NCBI GenBank assembly: GCA_037441385.1
Contig: JBBISH010000019.1
Span: 1 to 64,000, forward strand
Origin: Myxococcales bacterium
GTDB lineage: Bacteria; Myxococcota_A; UBA9042
Reading direction: 5' to 3'
DNA length: 64,000 nt
Shown piece after piece: positions 9,098 to 18,690 of this stretch. A program made the translations under genes and the position numbers. The notes below the pieces were generated by a model, which ran no database searches, had not been told where the DNA came from, and saw only the letters and a list, made by a program, of their open reading frames with translations. Each line of letters starts with the position of its first letter. Position 1 is the first letter of the stretch.

Positions 9098-9133
9098 CTC
9101 GACTCCTGGTGCGAAACAAGGTTGCCCTTGAAA

Positions 9134-10945
9134 TTACTCTGTGAAATCGCCGTCTTTCTCTGCCGCCAAATAGCGATAGATGGTGCGGACGTCCACGCCC
9201 AAATCTTTGGCCGTCTGGGCCCGGTTGTCGCCGTTGAGCTCGAGCACTTTGCGCACATAGCTGCGAGTAAAGGCTTCGCGCGCGTCGTTCAGCGGCTCGA
9301 TACGGCCCGACTGCAGCGGCGTGAGCTCCAGGTCGGCCGCCGAGATCTGATTGCCCTCGGCAAAGATCAGCGCCTTCTTGATGCGGTTTTCCAGTTCGCG
9401 AATGTTGCCCGGCCACTGGTGCAGGTGCATGGCGCGCTGGGCGTCGTCTGAAAACGCCTGGATGCGCAGGCCCATTTCGTCGGCGTAGCGCTTGAGGAAA
9501 TAGCGCCCCAGCAGCATCACGTCGTCGCCGCGCTCGCGCAGTGGCGCCAGATGCAGGCGCACCACGTTCAAGCGGTAGTACAGATCCTCGCGGAATTTAC
9601 CGGCTTTGACCTCGGCCAGCAGGTCGCGGTTCGTCGCGGCCACCACGCGGATGTCGATATCGCGCATGGTGTGCTCGCCCACCCGCGCCACCCGGCGGTC
9701 CTCCAGCACGCGCAGCAGCTTGACCTGCAAGTTCATCGGCATTTCGCCAATTTCGTCTAGGAACAACGTACCGCCGTGGGCCGCCTGGAACTTGCCGTCG
9801 CGCGTGGCCACCGCCCCGGTGAAAGCGCCGCGGACATGGCCAAACAGCTCGCTTTCCAGCAGGTTCTCTGGGATCGCTCCGCAATTGATGGCGATGAATG
9901 GCCCCTTGGCGCGCGGCGAGCGCCGGTGGACTTCGCTGGCAACGAGTTCTTTGCCGGTGCCCGTCTCGCCGGTGATCAGCACAGAGATATCGGTCCCCGC
10001 TACCTTTTCGACCTTGCGGAACAGCTCGCGCATCGAGTCCGACGCCCCGATCAGCGAGCCGAAGTTCATCCGCTCGATCTGCTGAGTCAGGCTTTGGTTC
10101 GACAGTTGCAAGTCATTGATCAAGATAGCATTTCGTAGCAGCATCGCCGACTGCGCGGCGAACACGGTGCCCAGATCGCGAGCTTCGTCTGAGAACAAAT
10201 TCACCACGTTATCGTTGCCCAGATAGATCACGCCCAGTAGCTCGCCGCGGGCGATGAGCGGCACGCACAGCACCGAGCAGATCTTGAAGTCCATGACGGA
10301 CTGGGCCGCGGAAAACACGCGATCGCTGAGCGCGTCCGACACCACCAGGGCTTCGCGCGTCTGCAGCACTTTCTCGACGATCGAGTCCGACAGCGCGAGC
10401 ACCGAGGCCGCGCTGGACAGGGGCACTTCCTTGCCGCCAGCCTTGCGGGCGATGCGCACTTGCGGTTTGCCGTCGACCAGCAACAACACGGCGCCGCGGG
10501 CGGCTTGGGTCACCTCGATGATGGTGTCCAGCATGTTGGCGAGCAACTCGTCGACCACGTAAGTGCCGCCCAATGCTTCGGAAAACCGGGCCACGGTCGC
10601 GAGCAGGTTGCCGCGCGCGGCACCGGCGCGGACCAACGCCGGGGCGGGCTTGGGCGCCGCCTGGAAGCGCAGTCGCGCGGTGCCGATGTCCACCAAATCC
10701 CCGACTTGCAGGGTGTGCTGATCCACGCGGCGGCCGTTGACCACCACCCGCTCGGCCATCGACTCGAGCACCAGGCCCTTGGGCGTGCTGCGCACCTGCG
10801 CGTGGACTTTTTCGATGCCGCGGCCGCGCAGCCGAACGTCGCAGTACTCGTCCGTGCCGATGCTGCACGCGACTTTCTCGAGCGCATGGGTGGCCTTGGC
10901 GGTGTCGCCCGGACCGAGTTCGACGAACAGGTAGCTCTGACTCAT
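9134..10945 (-). CDS. Sigma54-dependent enhancer-binding protein, FHA-GAF-AAA+-Fis HTH
   Basis: GETGTGKE, ESELFGHVRGAFTGA, LFLDEIGE, WPGNIRELEN; GAF (SVLCVPL, GVIYLGN); N-terminal FHA-like fold. Start set at MSQSYLF. Confidence 0.93.
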   Translation of the reverse strand: MSQSYLFVELGPGDTAKATHALEKVACSIGTDEYCDVRLRGRGIEKVHAQVRSTPKGLVLESMAERVVVNGRRVDQHTLQVGDLVDIGTARLRFQAAPKPAPALVRAGAARGNLLATVARFSEALGGTYVVDELLANMLDTIIEVTQAARGAVLLLVDGKPQVRIARKAGGKEVPLSSAASVLALSDSIVEKVLQTREALVVSDALSDRVFSAAQSVMDFKICSVLCVPLIARGELLGVIYLGNDNVVNLFSDEARDLGTVFAAQSAMLLRNAILINDLQLSNQSLTQQIERMNFGSLIGASDSMRELFRKVEKVAGTDISVLITGETGTGKELVASEVHRRSPRAKGPFIAINCGAIPENLLESELFGHVRGAFTGAVATRDGKFQAAHGGTLFLDEIGEMPMNLQVKLLRVLEDRRVARVGEHTMRDIDIRVVAATNRDLLAEVKAGKFREDLYYRLNVVRLHLAPLRERGDDVMLLGRYFLKRYADEMGLRIQAFSDDAQRAMHLHQWPGNIRELENRIKKALIFAEGNQISAADLELTPLQSGRIEPLNDAREAFTRSYVRKVLELNGDNRAQTAKDLGVDVRTIYRYLAAEKDGDFTE

Positions 10946-11176
10946 GGCCCTGCACACTGGCACTTTGCGCCCCCCGTAGAATGGGGCCGGGCGCGCCAAG
11001 TTGCAACCGCAAGGATTGCGCCACCAAGCCGGGGCCGGCGTGCGGCTCAACGGGATGCGGCTTCAGCGCAAAGAGCGCCGGTCGCGTCGGCCTGGCCCGC
11101 GCTGCCCGGCCCCTTTTCCGCGCGGGCGGTGCACAACGCGGGGTTGCTGAGCGGTTTGCCGCCCGCAACGCACCTG

Positions 11177-11201
11177 ATACGAACCCCACCTGAGTCGCGT
11201 C
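11177..11201. repeat. Solo terminal arm of family B element (opposite orientation)
   Basis: ATACGAACCCCACCTGAGTCGCGTC matches the reverse complement of 26517-26541 at 22/25. Confidence 0.65.
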
Positions 11202-11252
11202 AGGGTCGCGCTGGGCCCGACGCAGGAGTCTGCGGGCTGGCGCCTGAAAATC

Positions 11253-12074
11253 CTACGGTTTTGTGGATTCTTGGGGTTTGTCAGGCCACTGCTGGCGCCA
11301 GCTGCTCACCGCATCCCAGACGCCCCAGCCCGCCACGAGCCAAAACGCAGCGCCGGCCGAGATTTGCAGCACGTCGTTGCGCACCGGTCGCGGTCCGCTC
11401 AGCCCCGCTTCGGCGTTGTACCAGTACATGCCCATCGAGGTGCCGGCCAGCAGCGCCTCGCCCGCCAGGAACAGCCAGCCCTTGGTTGGCTGGCGATTGG
11501 CGAACTGGCCCACACCCATCGGGAAGAACATCAGGCCCAGCGGCGGTGGCTCGGGGCGACCCAACTCGGGCAGCAGCAAGGGATCGCCGGCCGCGGCCTC
11601 GGCCGTGAGGATCCCGGTGTCGATCAGGCGGCGGCGGCGTTGGTCAAACTCGTCGATCATCTTGGGCGGATACTGCGCCGGATCCAGGCGCGCCGCGGGC
11701 TGCTTGAGGAGCAGGGCGGTGAATTCGTCCAGGGCTTCCTCGTGCTTGTTGGTCCACCACAGCGCCGCCCCCAACCACTCGCGGGCGCGCAATTCGCGGC
11801 GCAGGTCCAGACGGGGCTTGGGGTAGAGCAGGGCGCGCAGTTGCGGGATTGCCGCGTCAAAGTCCTGATACTTGAAGGCGTTGTAGGCCGCCTCGAACTT
11901 GGCATTCAGCTGTTCCCGCTCGTCGATGGGCGGCTTGGCTGGCGCGGCCACCTCGCCACCCGCGGTGCCGGGCTCGGCATGGCCCCGCAGCGGCGTCGCG
12001 GCGACCAGCCACGCAGCGGTGCACAGCGCCTGCAAAAACCGGAAAGCGGGTTGGTGGCGGTGATGGGCCGACAT
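11253..12074 (-). CDS. Secreted TPR-like protein with C-terminal membrane segments
   Basis: Signal-like N-terminus, helical repeat region, LDPAQYPP, FFPMGVGQF plus two hydrophobic segments. Confidence 0.7.
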   Translation of the reverse strand: MSAHHRHQPAFRFLQALCTAAWLVAATPLRGHAEPGTAGGEVAAPAKPPIDEREQLNAKFEAAYNAFKYQDFDAAIPQLRALLYPKPRLDLRRELRAREWLGAALWWTNKHEEALDEFTALLLKQPAARLDPAQYPPKMIDEFDQRRRRLIDTGILTAEAAAGDPLLLPELGRPEPPPLGLMFFPMGVGQFANRQPTKGWLFLAGEALLAGTSMGMYWYNAEAGLSGPRPVRNDVLQISAGAAFWLVAGWGVWDAVSSWRQQWPDKPQESTKP

Positions 12075-12144
12075 GCCGCGATGCTACGGCTTGGCGGCCG
12101 GCATGGGAAGCGGCGGGGCCATCGTCGAGGCCCGCGGATCCACC

Positions 12145-14268
12145 CTACGCAAAGACTGGGGCAAAAACTTCTGCCAGTTCAGGGGCTCCCGCCGCGGCCC
12201 TGGTCAGGCGCGCCAGTTGCTTTTGCCAGACGACCGCCCCCAGCTGTGGCTCGAAGCGCACGCACAACGGCAGCACCGATGCGTCCAGGTCCACGCGACT
12301 CGCCGCCACAAGAACGGGCAAAGCAAGCCGCTCGGCGGCGCGCAGGGGCCGGACCGCGTGGTAGCCCGCCAGAAGGGCTCGCAACACGGTCGGTCGCAGC
12401 AGGGCCGCTTGGTGCGGCTCGTCGGGCCACTGCACGCCCACCAAGTCCAGGCTGCGCGCCAGGTCCCAGACCAGCAGGTCGGCGTCGCACAGATCCCAAT
12501 CGACCACGGCTAGGCCGCCATCGTCGCGTCGCAGGACGTTGCCGCCAGCAAAATCGCCATGGGTCAGGCCAAGCGGGCAGTCCAGCGCGACTCGGCTCAG
12601 GCGGCGCGCCGTGCACTCGAGCAAGTCCAGCAGCAGCGTGCTTTGGGTAAAGCGCTGAAACTCGCTGATGCACAGCGGATCGCGGCCCAGCCACGCCAGC
12701 CACATGGCCCGCGCCCGGTCGCTCCGCACGATGCGTGAACCGGCCCGCAGGCCACCGCGCGGCCGACCCGTGCCCGCCAAGTCTTGGCCAAGCAAGTGGA
12801 TCTGCGCGAGCGCGCCGCCGAGTTCGTGCGCCGTCGCCGTGTCCAATTCGCCCGTGTCGACGGGCTGGCCGCCGACGCTGGGGTACAACGCCAGGAAATC
12901 GTTTCCAAAAACCAACGTGTCATCGCCGCCCGCATCCGCCACCGCCACGGGCGCGTGCACCCCGCGCTGGGCCAGCGCGCGAGCAATCCGGTGTGTGAAG
13001 GCCACGCTGGCCACTGGCCGGGTCGTGCCATCGTAGCGCTTGGCGTAGTAGACCGAATCGCCGCACTGCAGCCGCGCCGTGGGCCCGTGCGCCCCCAGCG
13101 CCACCCAGCGCACCTGCTCCACCGCAGGCAGGGTCGGGGTACGGGTGCGCGCCAGCTCGGCAAACGCTTGAGCCGTCACGTCCAACTGGCGCAACTGCAG
13201 ACCCCACAATCGGTGGTCCGGGGCCACGGCCAAGAGCCGCTGATCGGCCCGCTGCGCCAACGCCAAGTCGCCGATGGCCAGCGCGCGGGCGATCGCGCCA
13301 TGCCACACCCAGGCCGGCTGCTGCGGATCCTTCAGAATTTCAAGAAGGTCCTCGCGCTCTGCCGCCAGCGCTGCCGCATCACCGTCGGGCACAGGTCGCG
13401 GTTTGCGCGGTGGCGAACGCTGCAGCCACTTCAGTCCGGGCGTTGTGCCCAACTTGCCGTGCACGATCGCTGCCGCTGCCTGGACGTCGTCCTTGCGCAC
13501 GCAGTTCGCAATGTCGGCAAACCAGGCCGGCTTCTCGACTTCGAGCAAAGCGATCGCCAGGTCGCGTTGCCCATTGGCCAAAAACAACAAGGCCAAGTCC
13601 AGCCGGGCCCGATCGGCGCGATCGTGCTGGGCCACGGCGCGCTGCCAGTGCTGCGACGCCGCCAGCGGGTCGCCGTGCTCTAGAGCAAGCGCCCCCAGGT
13701 GCCAGTCGATCAGATCAGATTCGCCAAGCCAAGCGCGGGCTTGCAGTAGGTGGCGCTCGGCGGCGGCCAACTGACCGCGCTGCCAGGCCAGCTGCGCCCG
13801 CTCGAACGCTTGCCGCGCAGCCAGCGGCTCGCCCGCGCTGTCCGAGTCACACTGCACCCGCGCACCCCGTCGCGGCAGGCTCAGCCAGGCATCTGGAGTC
13901 CCCAAGGCGCCGTCCAGCAAGGCACCGGCAAGCTCGACTTCGCTGAGATCTGCGCCCGTCAAGCGGGCACCGCGCAGATCGGCCCCCGACAGGTCGGCCG
14001 CATGCAGGTCGGCACCGCGCAGGTCGGCACCGCGCAAGTCCGCCAAGGTCAAGTCGCAATTGGCCAGACGCGCACCCGCCAGATCGGCGCCGGCCAGGTC
14101 TGCCAGCACCAACGAGCAGCGGCGCAGGTCGGCGTCGCGCAGGTCGGCCCCCGCCAACTGGGCGCGCCACAGATTGGCCTCGGCGATTTTCAGGGGGCCG
14201 CTCTCGGCCGGTACGCGCCCCAACGGAGCCGTGGCCACGGCGGGCGCGATCGGCAGAATTTCGCTCAC
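12145..14268 (-). CDS. Pentapeptide-repeat + TPR + APH/type II homoserine kinase-like phosphotransferase fusion
   Basis: A(D/N)LxG repeats at the N-terminus, TPR-like helices, C-terminal THGDFAGGN...VVDWD. Confidence 0.8.
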   Translation of the reverse strand: MSEILPIAPAVATAPLGRVPAESGPLKIAEANLWRAQLAGADLRDADLRRCSLVLADLAGADLAGARLANCDLTLADLRGADLRGADLHAADLSGADLRGARLTGADLSEVELAGALLDGALGTPDAWLSLPRRGARVQCDSDSAGEPLAARQAFERAQLAWQRGQLAAAERHLLQARAWLGESDLIDWHLGALALEHGDPLAASQHWQRAVAQHDRADRARLDLALLFLANGQRDLAIALLEVEKPAWFADIANCVRKDDVQAAAAIVHGKLGTTPGLKWLQRSPPRKPRPVPDGDAAALAAEREDLLEILKDPQQPAWVWHGAIARALAIGDLALAQRADQRLLAVAPDHRLWGLQLRQLDVTAQAFAELARTRTPTLPAVEQVRWVALGAHGPTARLQCGDSVYYAKRYDGTTRPVASVAFTHRIARALAQRGVHAPVAVADAGGDDTLVFGNDFLALYPSVGGQPVDTGELDTATAHELGGALAQIHLLGQDLAGTGRPRGGLRAGSRIVRSDRARAMWLAWLGRDPLCISEFQRFTQSTLLLDLLECTARRLSRVALDCPLGLTHGDFAGGNVLRRDDGGLAVVDWDLCDADLLVWDLARSLDLVGVQWPDEPHQAALLRPTVLRALLAGYHAVRPLRAAERLALPVLVAASRVDLDASVLPLCVRFEPQLGAVVWQKQLARLTRAAAGAPELAEVFAPVFA

Positions 14269-14303
14269 GGATCACCTATCCGAGATCGAGGGACTTCGTG
14301 CAA

Positions 14304-16679
14304 TTACAAGCAGATTACGCCGAACTGGCACTTCTTGCCCGAGGCGCAGGTGCCGTCGGCTTGGCAGAACTCGATGCCGCCCATGCCACCGCCGCCACCA
14401 CCGCCGGGCAGAGGGATTCCGGGCGGGAGCGGGACACACGCGGTCATGATGCACTGGGCCGGCGCGGTGCAGTCCGCCGTGGTCTTGCACTGGCCGGGCG
14501 AGGGCAACTGCAGCTGGGCGGGCGTGCAAATCCCAAACGTGCACGCTTGGTTTTGCGGGCAGTCGGCGTTGACGCTGCACTGACTGGGCACGCACACAGC
14601 GATCAGGCACTGCTGGTTGGTGCCGCAGTCGCCGGCGGTGTTGCAGAACTTGGGCCCGTTGGGGATCGACGGCACACAGGTGCCAAGGGCGCAGGTTAGC
14701 TGGATCTTCTGGCCCTGGAAGTTGAAGGTGGGGCAGTCCGACGCCTTTTCGCACTGGATAGTCGGAATCAGGTTGGGGATGCAGAAGCCCTTGAAGCACT
14801 TCTGATTCTTGCCCTTGCACTCGCTGTCGGCCTTGCATTGCGCCGGTACGCACAGGTTCGCCAGGCATTGTTGCTTGGCGCCACAGTTGGCGTCGGTCTG
14901 GCAGCCCGAGATCGGCAACGACTTGGGCATGCATTCGCCGATCAGGCACTGGTCGGTCTTGGGGCAGTCCGCGTTGCTTGTGCATTTTTCGGGCGCGCAC
15001 TTGCCAAACTGGCAGACAAAGCCCTTGGGGCACTGGCTGTCGCCGGCGCAGAAGTCGGTGGGCACCACTTGCGGCGGCAGGCACTGGTTCTTGTAGCAGA
15101 ACGTGCCGGTCTTGCAGTCCGCCTGGGTCGTGCACGCCGCGGGCGCCAGGCACAACGGTTCAAAACACTGGGTGCCAGCTGGGCAATCGGGCTTGGCGGC
15201 GCTGCACAGGGCCTCGCTGTCGCACGCGTCGCCCTTGCCGTCGCCGTCGGTGTCCTTTTGCTTGGGATTGGCGACGGTGGGGCAATTGTCAAATGCGTCG
15301 AGCACGCCGTCGCCGTCGTCGTCGAGATCGCACACGTCGCCCTTGCCATCTTTGTCCAAGTCGGCCTGGTCCGGGTTGGCCTTCAGCGGGCAATTGTCTT
15401 TGCTGTCGCCGATGCCGTCGCCGTCCTTGTCGTCGGCCGCGTCGCAGGCATCGCCAAGGCCGTTCGCGTTCTGGTCCGCCTGGTCCTTGTTGGGCACCAG
15501 GGGGCAGTTGTCGATTTGATTCGGCACGCCGTCGCCATCCAAGTCTGGGTCGCAGGCGTCGCCCAGCCCGTCCTTGTCCAGATCGCTCTGCAGCGGGTTG
15601 GGGGCGCCAGGGCAGTTGTCCTTGGCGTCGAGGATGCCGTCTTGGTCTTTGTCGCTGGCTTGGCTGCCGTCGAAGGGATCGCAGGCATCGCCGATGCCGT
15701 CGCCGTCGCTGTCCTTCTGAGTCACGTTGCCTACGTAGGGGCAATTGTCCTTGGTATTCAGAATGCTGTCGCCGTCCAGATCCGCGTCACAGGCATCGCC
15801 GAATTGATCGCCGTCCAGGTTTTGCTGGCTGGAATTGGCCACCAGGACGCAGTTGTCCTTGTCGTCGGCGACGCCGTCGTTGTCGTCGTCTGGATCGCAG
15901 AGATCGCCTTGGCCGTCACTGTCGCTGTCGGTCTGGTCCACGTTCGACAGGAACGGGCAGTTGTCTTTGACGTCGACGATCCCGTCGCCATCGCTGTCCG
16001 CGCCCACCACTGCGTCGGGCCCCAGGTCCCAGGTGAACTGGTCAAAGCTGGGCGCATCCATAGGCGGCACATCGGGTTGCACGCTGTCGGCCACCCAGGT
16101 GTCGACGGGCGCCACGTCTGGCGGCGCTACATCCTGGGGTACGGTATCCAGACCCCCGGCATCGGCACCTGGACCACTGTCCAACGGCGCGCCGCTGTCG
16201 ACCGTGGCCCCGGCATCTGCGATCGGCTGGCTCGTCGGCACCGGGATGACCTGGCCGTCGTACAACACATGGAAAGACAAGAACTTGGTGGGCGGATCTG
16301 CCTGCATCGGGAACAAGCCGACCCCGCCGCCGCCGTTGGTAGCTCGCAAGAACCAGCGGATCTCGGTGCCCTTGGCCTGGGCCGGGATGTCGGCCTGGTA
16401 GGCCCCGCTGCCCAAGCTGCGCATCGGGATCACGGCGAATTCGGCGTCGAGGGGGCGCGCCCAGTACAGGTCCACGCGGCCCAGCGTCGCCCCCCCGGCG
16501 CGCACGGTCGCCCACACGGCGTACGACGCGTGATCGTTATGCGTGTCGCCCGGTTGCGTCACCTCGGTGAAGCGCGGCGTCTCGCCGTCGTTGCCTGCGG
16601 AACAGGCCGCCAGCGCCACCAGCAGCACCGCCACCGCACAGCGCATCCACCAAAACGGGAGTTTGGGTTTGTTGAGCAC
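14304..16679 (-). CDS. Thrombospondin type-3 repeat lipoprotein with Cys-rich C-terminus
   Basis: GGAGG then GTG 16679; lipobox LLVALAAC; seven DNC-containing Asp-rich repeats; many CxxxxDC..C....C modules. Confidence 0.85.
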   Translation of the reverse strand: MLNKPKLPFWWMRCAVAVLLVALAACSAGNDGETPRFTEVTQPGDTHNDHASYAVWATVRAGGATLGRVDLYWARPLDAEFAVIPMRSLGSGAYQADIPAQAKGTEIRWFLRATNGGGGVGLFPMQADPPTKFLSFHVLYDGQVIPVPTSQPIADAGATVDSGAPLDSGPGADAGGLDTVPQDVAPPDVAPVDTWVADSVQPDVPPMDAPSFDQFTWDLGPDAVVGADSDGDGIVDVKDNCPFLSNVDQTDSDSDGQGDLCDPDDDNDGVADDKDNCVLVANSSQQNLDGDQFGDACDADLDGDSILNTKDNCPYVGNVTQKDSDGDGIGDACDPFDGSQASDKDQDGILDAKDNCPGAPNPLQSDLDKDGLGDACDPDLDGDGVPNQIDNCPLVPNKDQADQNANGLGDACDAADDKDGDGIGDSKDNCPLKANPDQADLDKDGKGDVCDLDDDGDGVLDAFDNCPTVANPKQKDTDGDGKGDACDSEALCSAAKPDCPAGTQCFEPLCLAPAACTTQADCKTGTFCYKNQCLPPQVVPTDFCAGDSQCPKGFVCQFGKCAPEKCTSNADCPKTDQCLIGECMPKSLPISGCQTDANCGAKQQCLANLCVPAQCKADSECKGKNQKCFKGFCIPNLIPTIQCEKASDCPTFNFQGQKIQLTCALGTCVPSIPNGPKFCNTAGDCGTNQQCLIAVCVPSQCSVNADCPQNQACTFGICTPAQLQLPSPGQCKTTADCTAPAQCIMTACVPLPPGIPLPGGGGGGGMGGIEFCQADGTCASGKKCQFGVICL

Positions 16680-16790
16680 GTTCGCCTCCGGCGCCCACGG
16701 CTGCCGCACCAACGTATGATTCTACCACAGCCGCGCGAACCGCGCAGTCGAAATCCCGAAGATTGCAACATCATGGAATGTCATCGAATG

Positions 16791-17819
16791 TCATGGTATG
16801 TCCTTGGGCCGCGCCATCCTGGTCCACTGCGGTCGCGCGCGCGCCGTGCTCAGCGGCGAAAACGCCGAGCGGTTCCAGACAAAATCGAGCTGGCTGGTTT
16901 GGTCGCCCAGTACCGGCTGCCAGCGGGGCGAACTGCAGAATTCGTTCCCCGCGACCTCGCAGCGCCCGAGCACCCGCGGCGCAAAGAACGGCCCCCACGG
17001 CGCAAGGCCCCGTCGCAGTTCCACGTCCGCGCCCAAGGGACGCACATACAGCGCTTCGTACAGGGCCCCGTGACGCTGCACGCTGACGTCGCCGGCCTGC
17101 ACCAGCACGGGGACTGACTTGGCCGGGTCGCTCGCAAATGCCCCCATCTCGCCGCAGTAGGTCCACGCGGTCGGTTCGTGGCGCTTGGCCAAGGGCACGC
17201 GGGCCAGGTGACAGCTTCGCCCCCAACCGCCGTCGCTCGCCACACAGCCGTAGGCGTACAGGTCTTGGTCGACCACCAGCGCGCTGCCGCCGTAGGGCGG
17301 CGCCTCGACCGGCCACAACAGCGCCTCGTCGGCTACGAACTGACCGAGTGCGCTATTGAATTCCGCCAGGCCGGTACCCAATGCCCGCACTCCGAATGGC
17401 TGACTGGCATCCATGACCCAGGCCTGGAAGAACGCCGCCGCGCCGCCCGGCACGGCCACCACGTCGAGTGGCGTCACCTCGGCGGCCGCCAGCACGCCCG
17501 TTGGGGCAAAGGCCAGCGGCACAGCCAGGTTGTCGCGACACGCGTCGGTTGGGGTTGCGGCCAGGGCCAGACCGGGCAAGCGGCGCTCGCCCAGCTTGAT
17601 CGCGCCGTCGAAGAGCCACAGCGTTTGACCACCATCCAAGCGAACCGCACGGGCCGATCCCTGCAGATCCGGCGTGTTCTGCAGCAAGGGGCATGCGGGC
17701 AAGACGGAGGTGGTCGCGGCCGCTGCGGCAGGAGCGTCGTCGATCGGCCAAGCACAGCCGGCGAGGTGTACGAACGCGGCCAGCAGCATGCCCAGGAACC
17801 GCTTCTTAGAAGAACGCAT
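16791..17819 (-). CDS. DUF4185-like lipoprotein (divergent)
   Basis: Lipobox HLAGC; LWLFDG, LYAYGC, HLARVP, WTY, APWGPF motifs shared with 18684..19784. Confidence 0.55.
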   Translation of the reverse strand: MRSSKKRFLGMLLAAFVHLAGCAWPIDDAPAAAAATTSVLPACPLLQNTPDLQGSARAVRLDGGQTLWLFDGAIKLGERRLPGLALAATPTDACRDNLAVPLAFAPTGVLAAAEVTPLDVVAVPGGAAAFFQAWVMDASQPFGVRALGTGLAEFNSALGQFVADEALLWPVEAPPYGGSALVVDQDLYAYGCVASDGGWGRSCHLARVPLAKRHEPTAWTYCGEMGAFASDPAKSVPVLVQAGDVSVQRHGALYEALYVRPLGADVELRRGLAPWGPFFAPRVLGRCEVAGNEFCSSPRWQPVLGDQTSQLDFVWNRSAFSPLSTARARPQWTRMARPKDIP

Positions 17820-18690
17820 GGCGCACCCCCACGCTCAAACGAATTTCGCGTCGATTGATCAAGTAGCCCCTGCCATTGCCCGCGTCCAACGCCACAAACG
17901 GCATAGTCTCGCCCAGTTGCGAAGGGTGACTCGCCGCGAGCAGCGCGCGCGCAAACCAGCCAGTGCGGGCAAATTCATCCGTAGGAATCTGCAGATCCCC
18001 GTGCACCGCCACCAACGGTTGCCAAGTCGCTCCAGGCCGCCAGCGCAGCACCGCGCCGCCTCCCTGGGCAAAGGCCAGACCGTCGCCCACCATGCCGCCC
18101 AACAAGTCTGCGACTGGCCCCGTCCAGGGCAGGCGCGCAGCCAACCCCGCAAGATGCCAGCGTGTCTCTAGCATGACTGTGGACTGCCAGCGCGGCGTCC
18201 GGCGCTGCCACTCGGCCAGCGTCGTCAGCCAAGTCCCGCCGCCGCCAAACGCAATGTCGCTGGGTTGCGGGCGATCCGGCAGCACCGCCTCGCCCAGGGT
18301 GCGCGCCTGTTCGCGGCCCCAGCCCAGGCCGATCGCCCAGGTATCGCTGCCGCGCCGCCACACCCAGCGACCGTCGGCGCCGTAGACCGCGCGGAAGACC
18401 TCGAGCGGCAGCGCTACGAAATCACTTGCGTTCTCGAACGCGCCCACCACGTGCACGTCAAAGATGGCCAGCTGATCGCGGCGACCTCGCGCTACGATCG
18501 GCAGGCGAGCTCCCAGACTGGCTTGCGACCGGGGCCCATAAGCCAGCTCAAATGCAGGGGTATCGCGACTTGCGCTGGCGGGCTCCGCTGTGGGTGGCGG
18601 TTGCGGCAGCCAGCGTGTGGTCGCGCCCGCCCCGCCGCACGCCGCCACAACGGCCGCCAAGGTCACGACCAGTGCGCGCCGGCCTACCAC
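17806..18690 (-). CDS. Hypothetical lipoprotein / possible outer-membrane protein
   Basis: GTG overlapping the upstream stop, lipobox-like VVAAC, C-terminal LSVGVRHAFF; overlaps both neighbours. Confidence 0.6.
   Translation of the reverse strand: MVGRRALVVTLAAVVAACGGAGATTRWLPQPPPTAEPASASRDTPAFELAYGPRSQASLGARLPIVARGRRDQLAIFDVHVVGAFENASDFVALPLEVFRAVYGADGRWVWRRGSDTWAIGLGWGREQARTLGEAVLPDRPQPSDIAFGGGGTWLTTLAEWQRRTPRWQSTVMLETRWHLAGLAARLPWTGPVADLLGGMVGDGLAFAQGGGAVLRWRPGATWQPLVAVHGDLQIPTDEFARTGWFARALLAASHPSQLGETMPFVALDAGNGRGYLINRREIRLSVGVRHAFF

Noticed and set aside
14838..17117. Long antisense ORFs (also 5590..7470, 22166..23860, 30911..33301, 40890..42938, 52509..53945)
   Set aside because: Each lies opposite a well-supported gene; stop-poor frames are expected at this GC content
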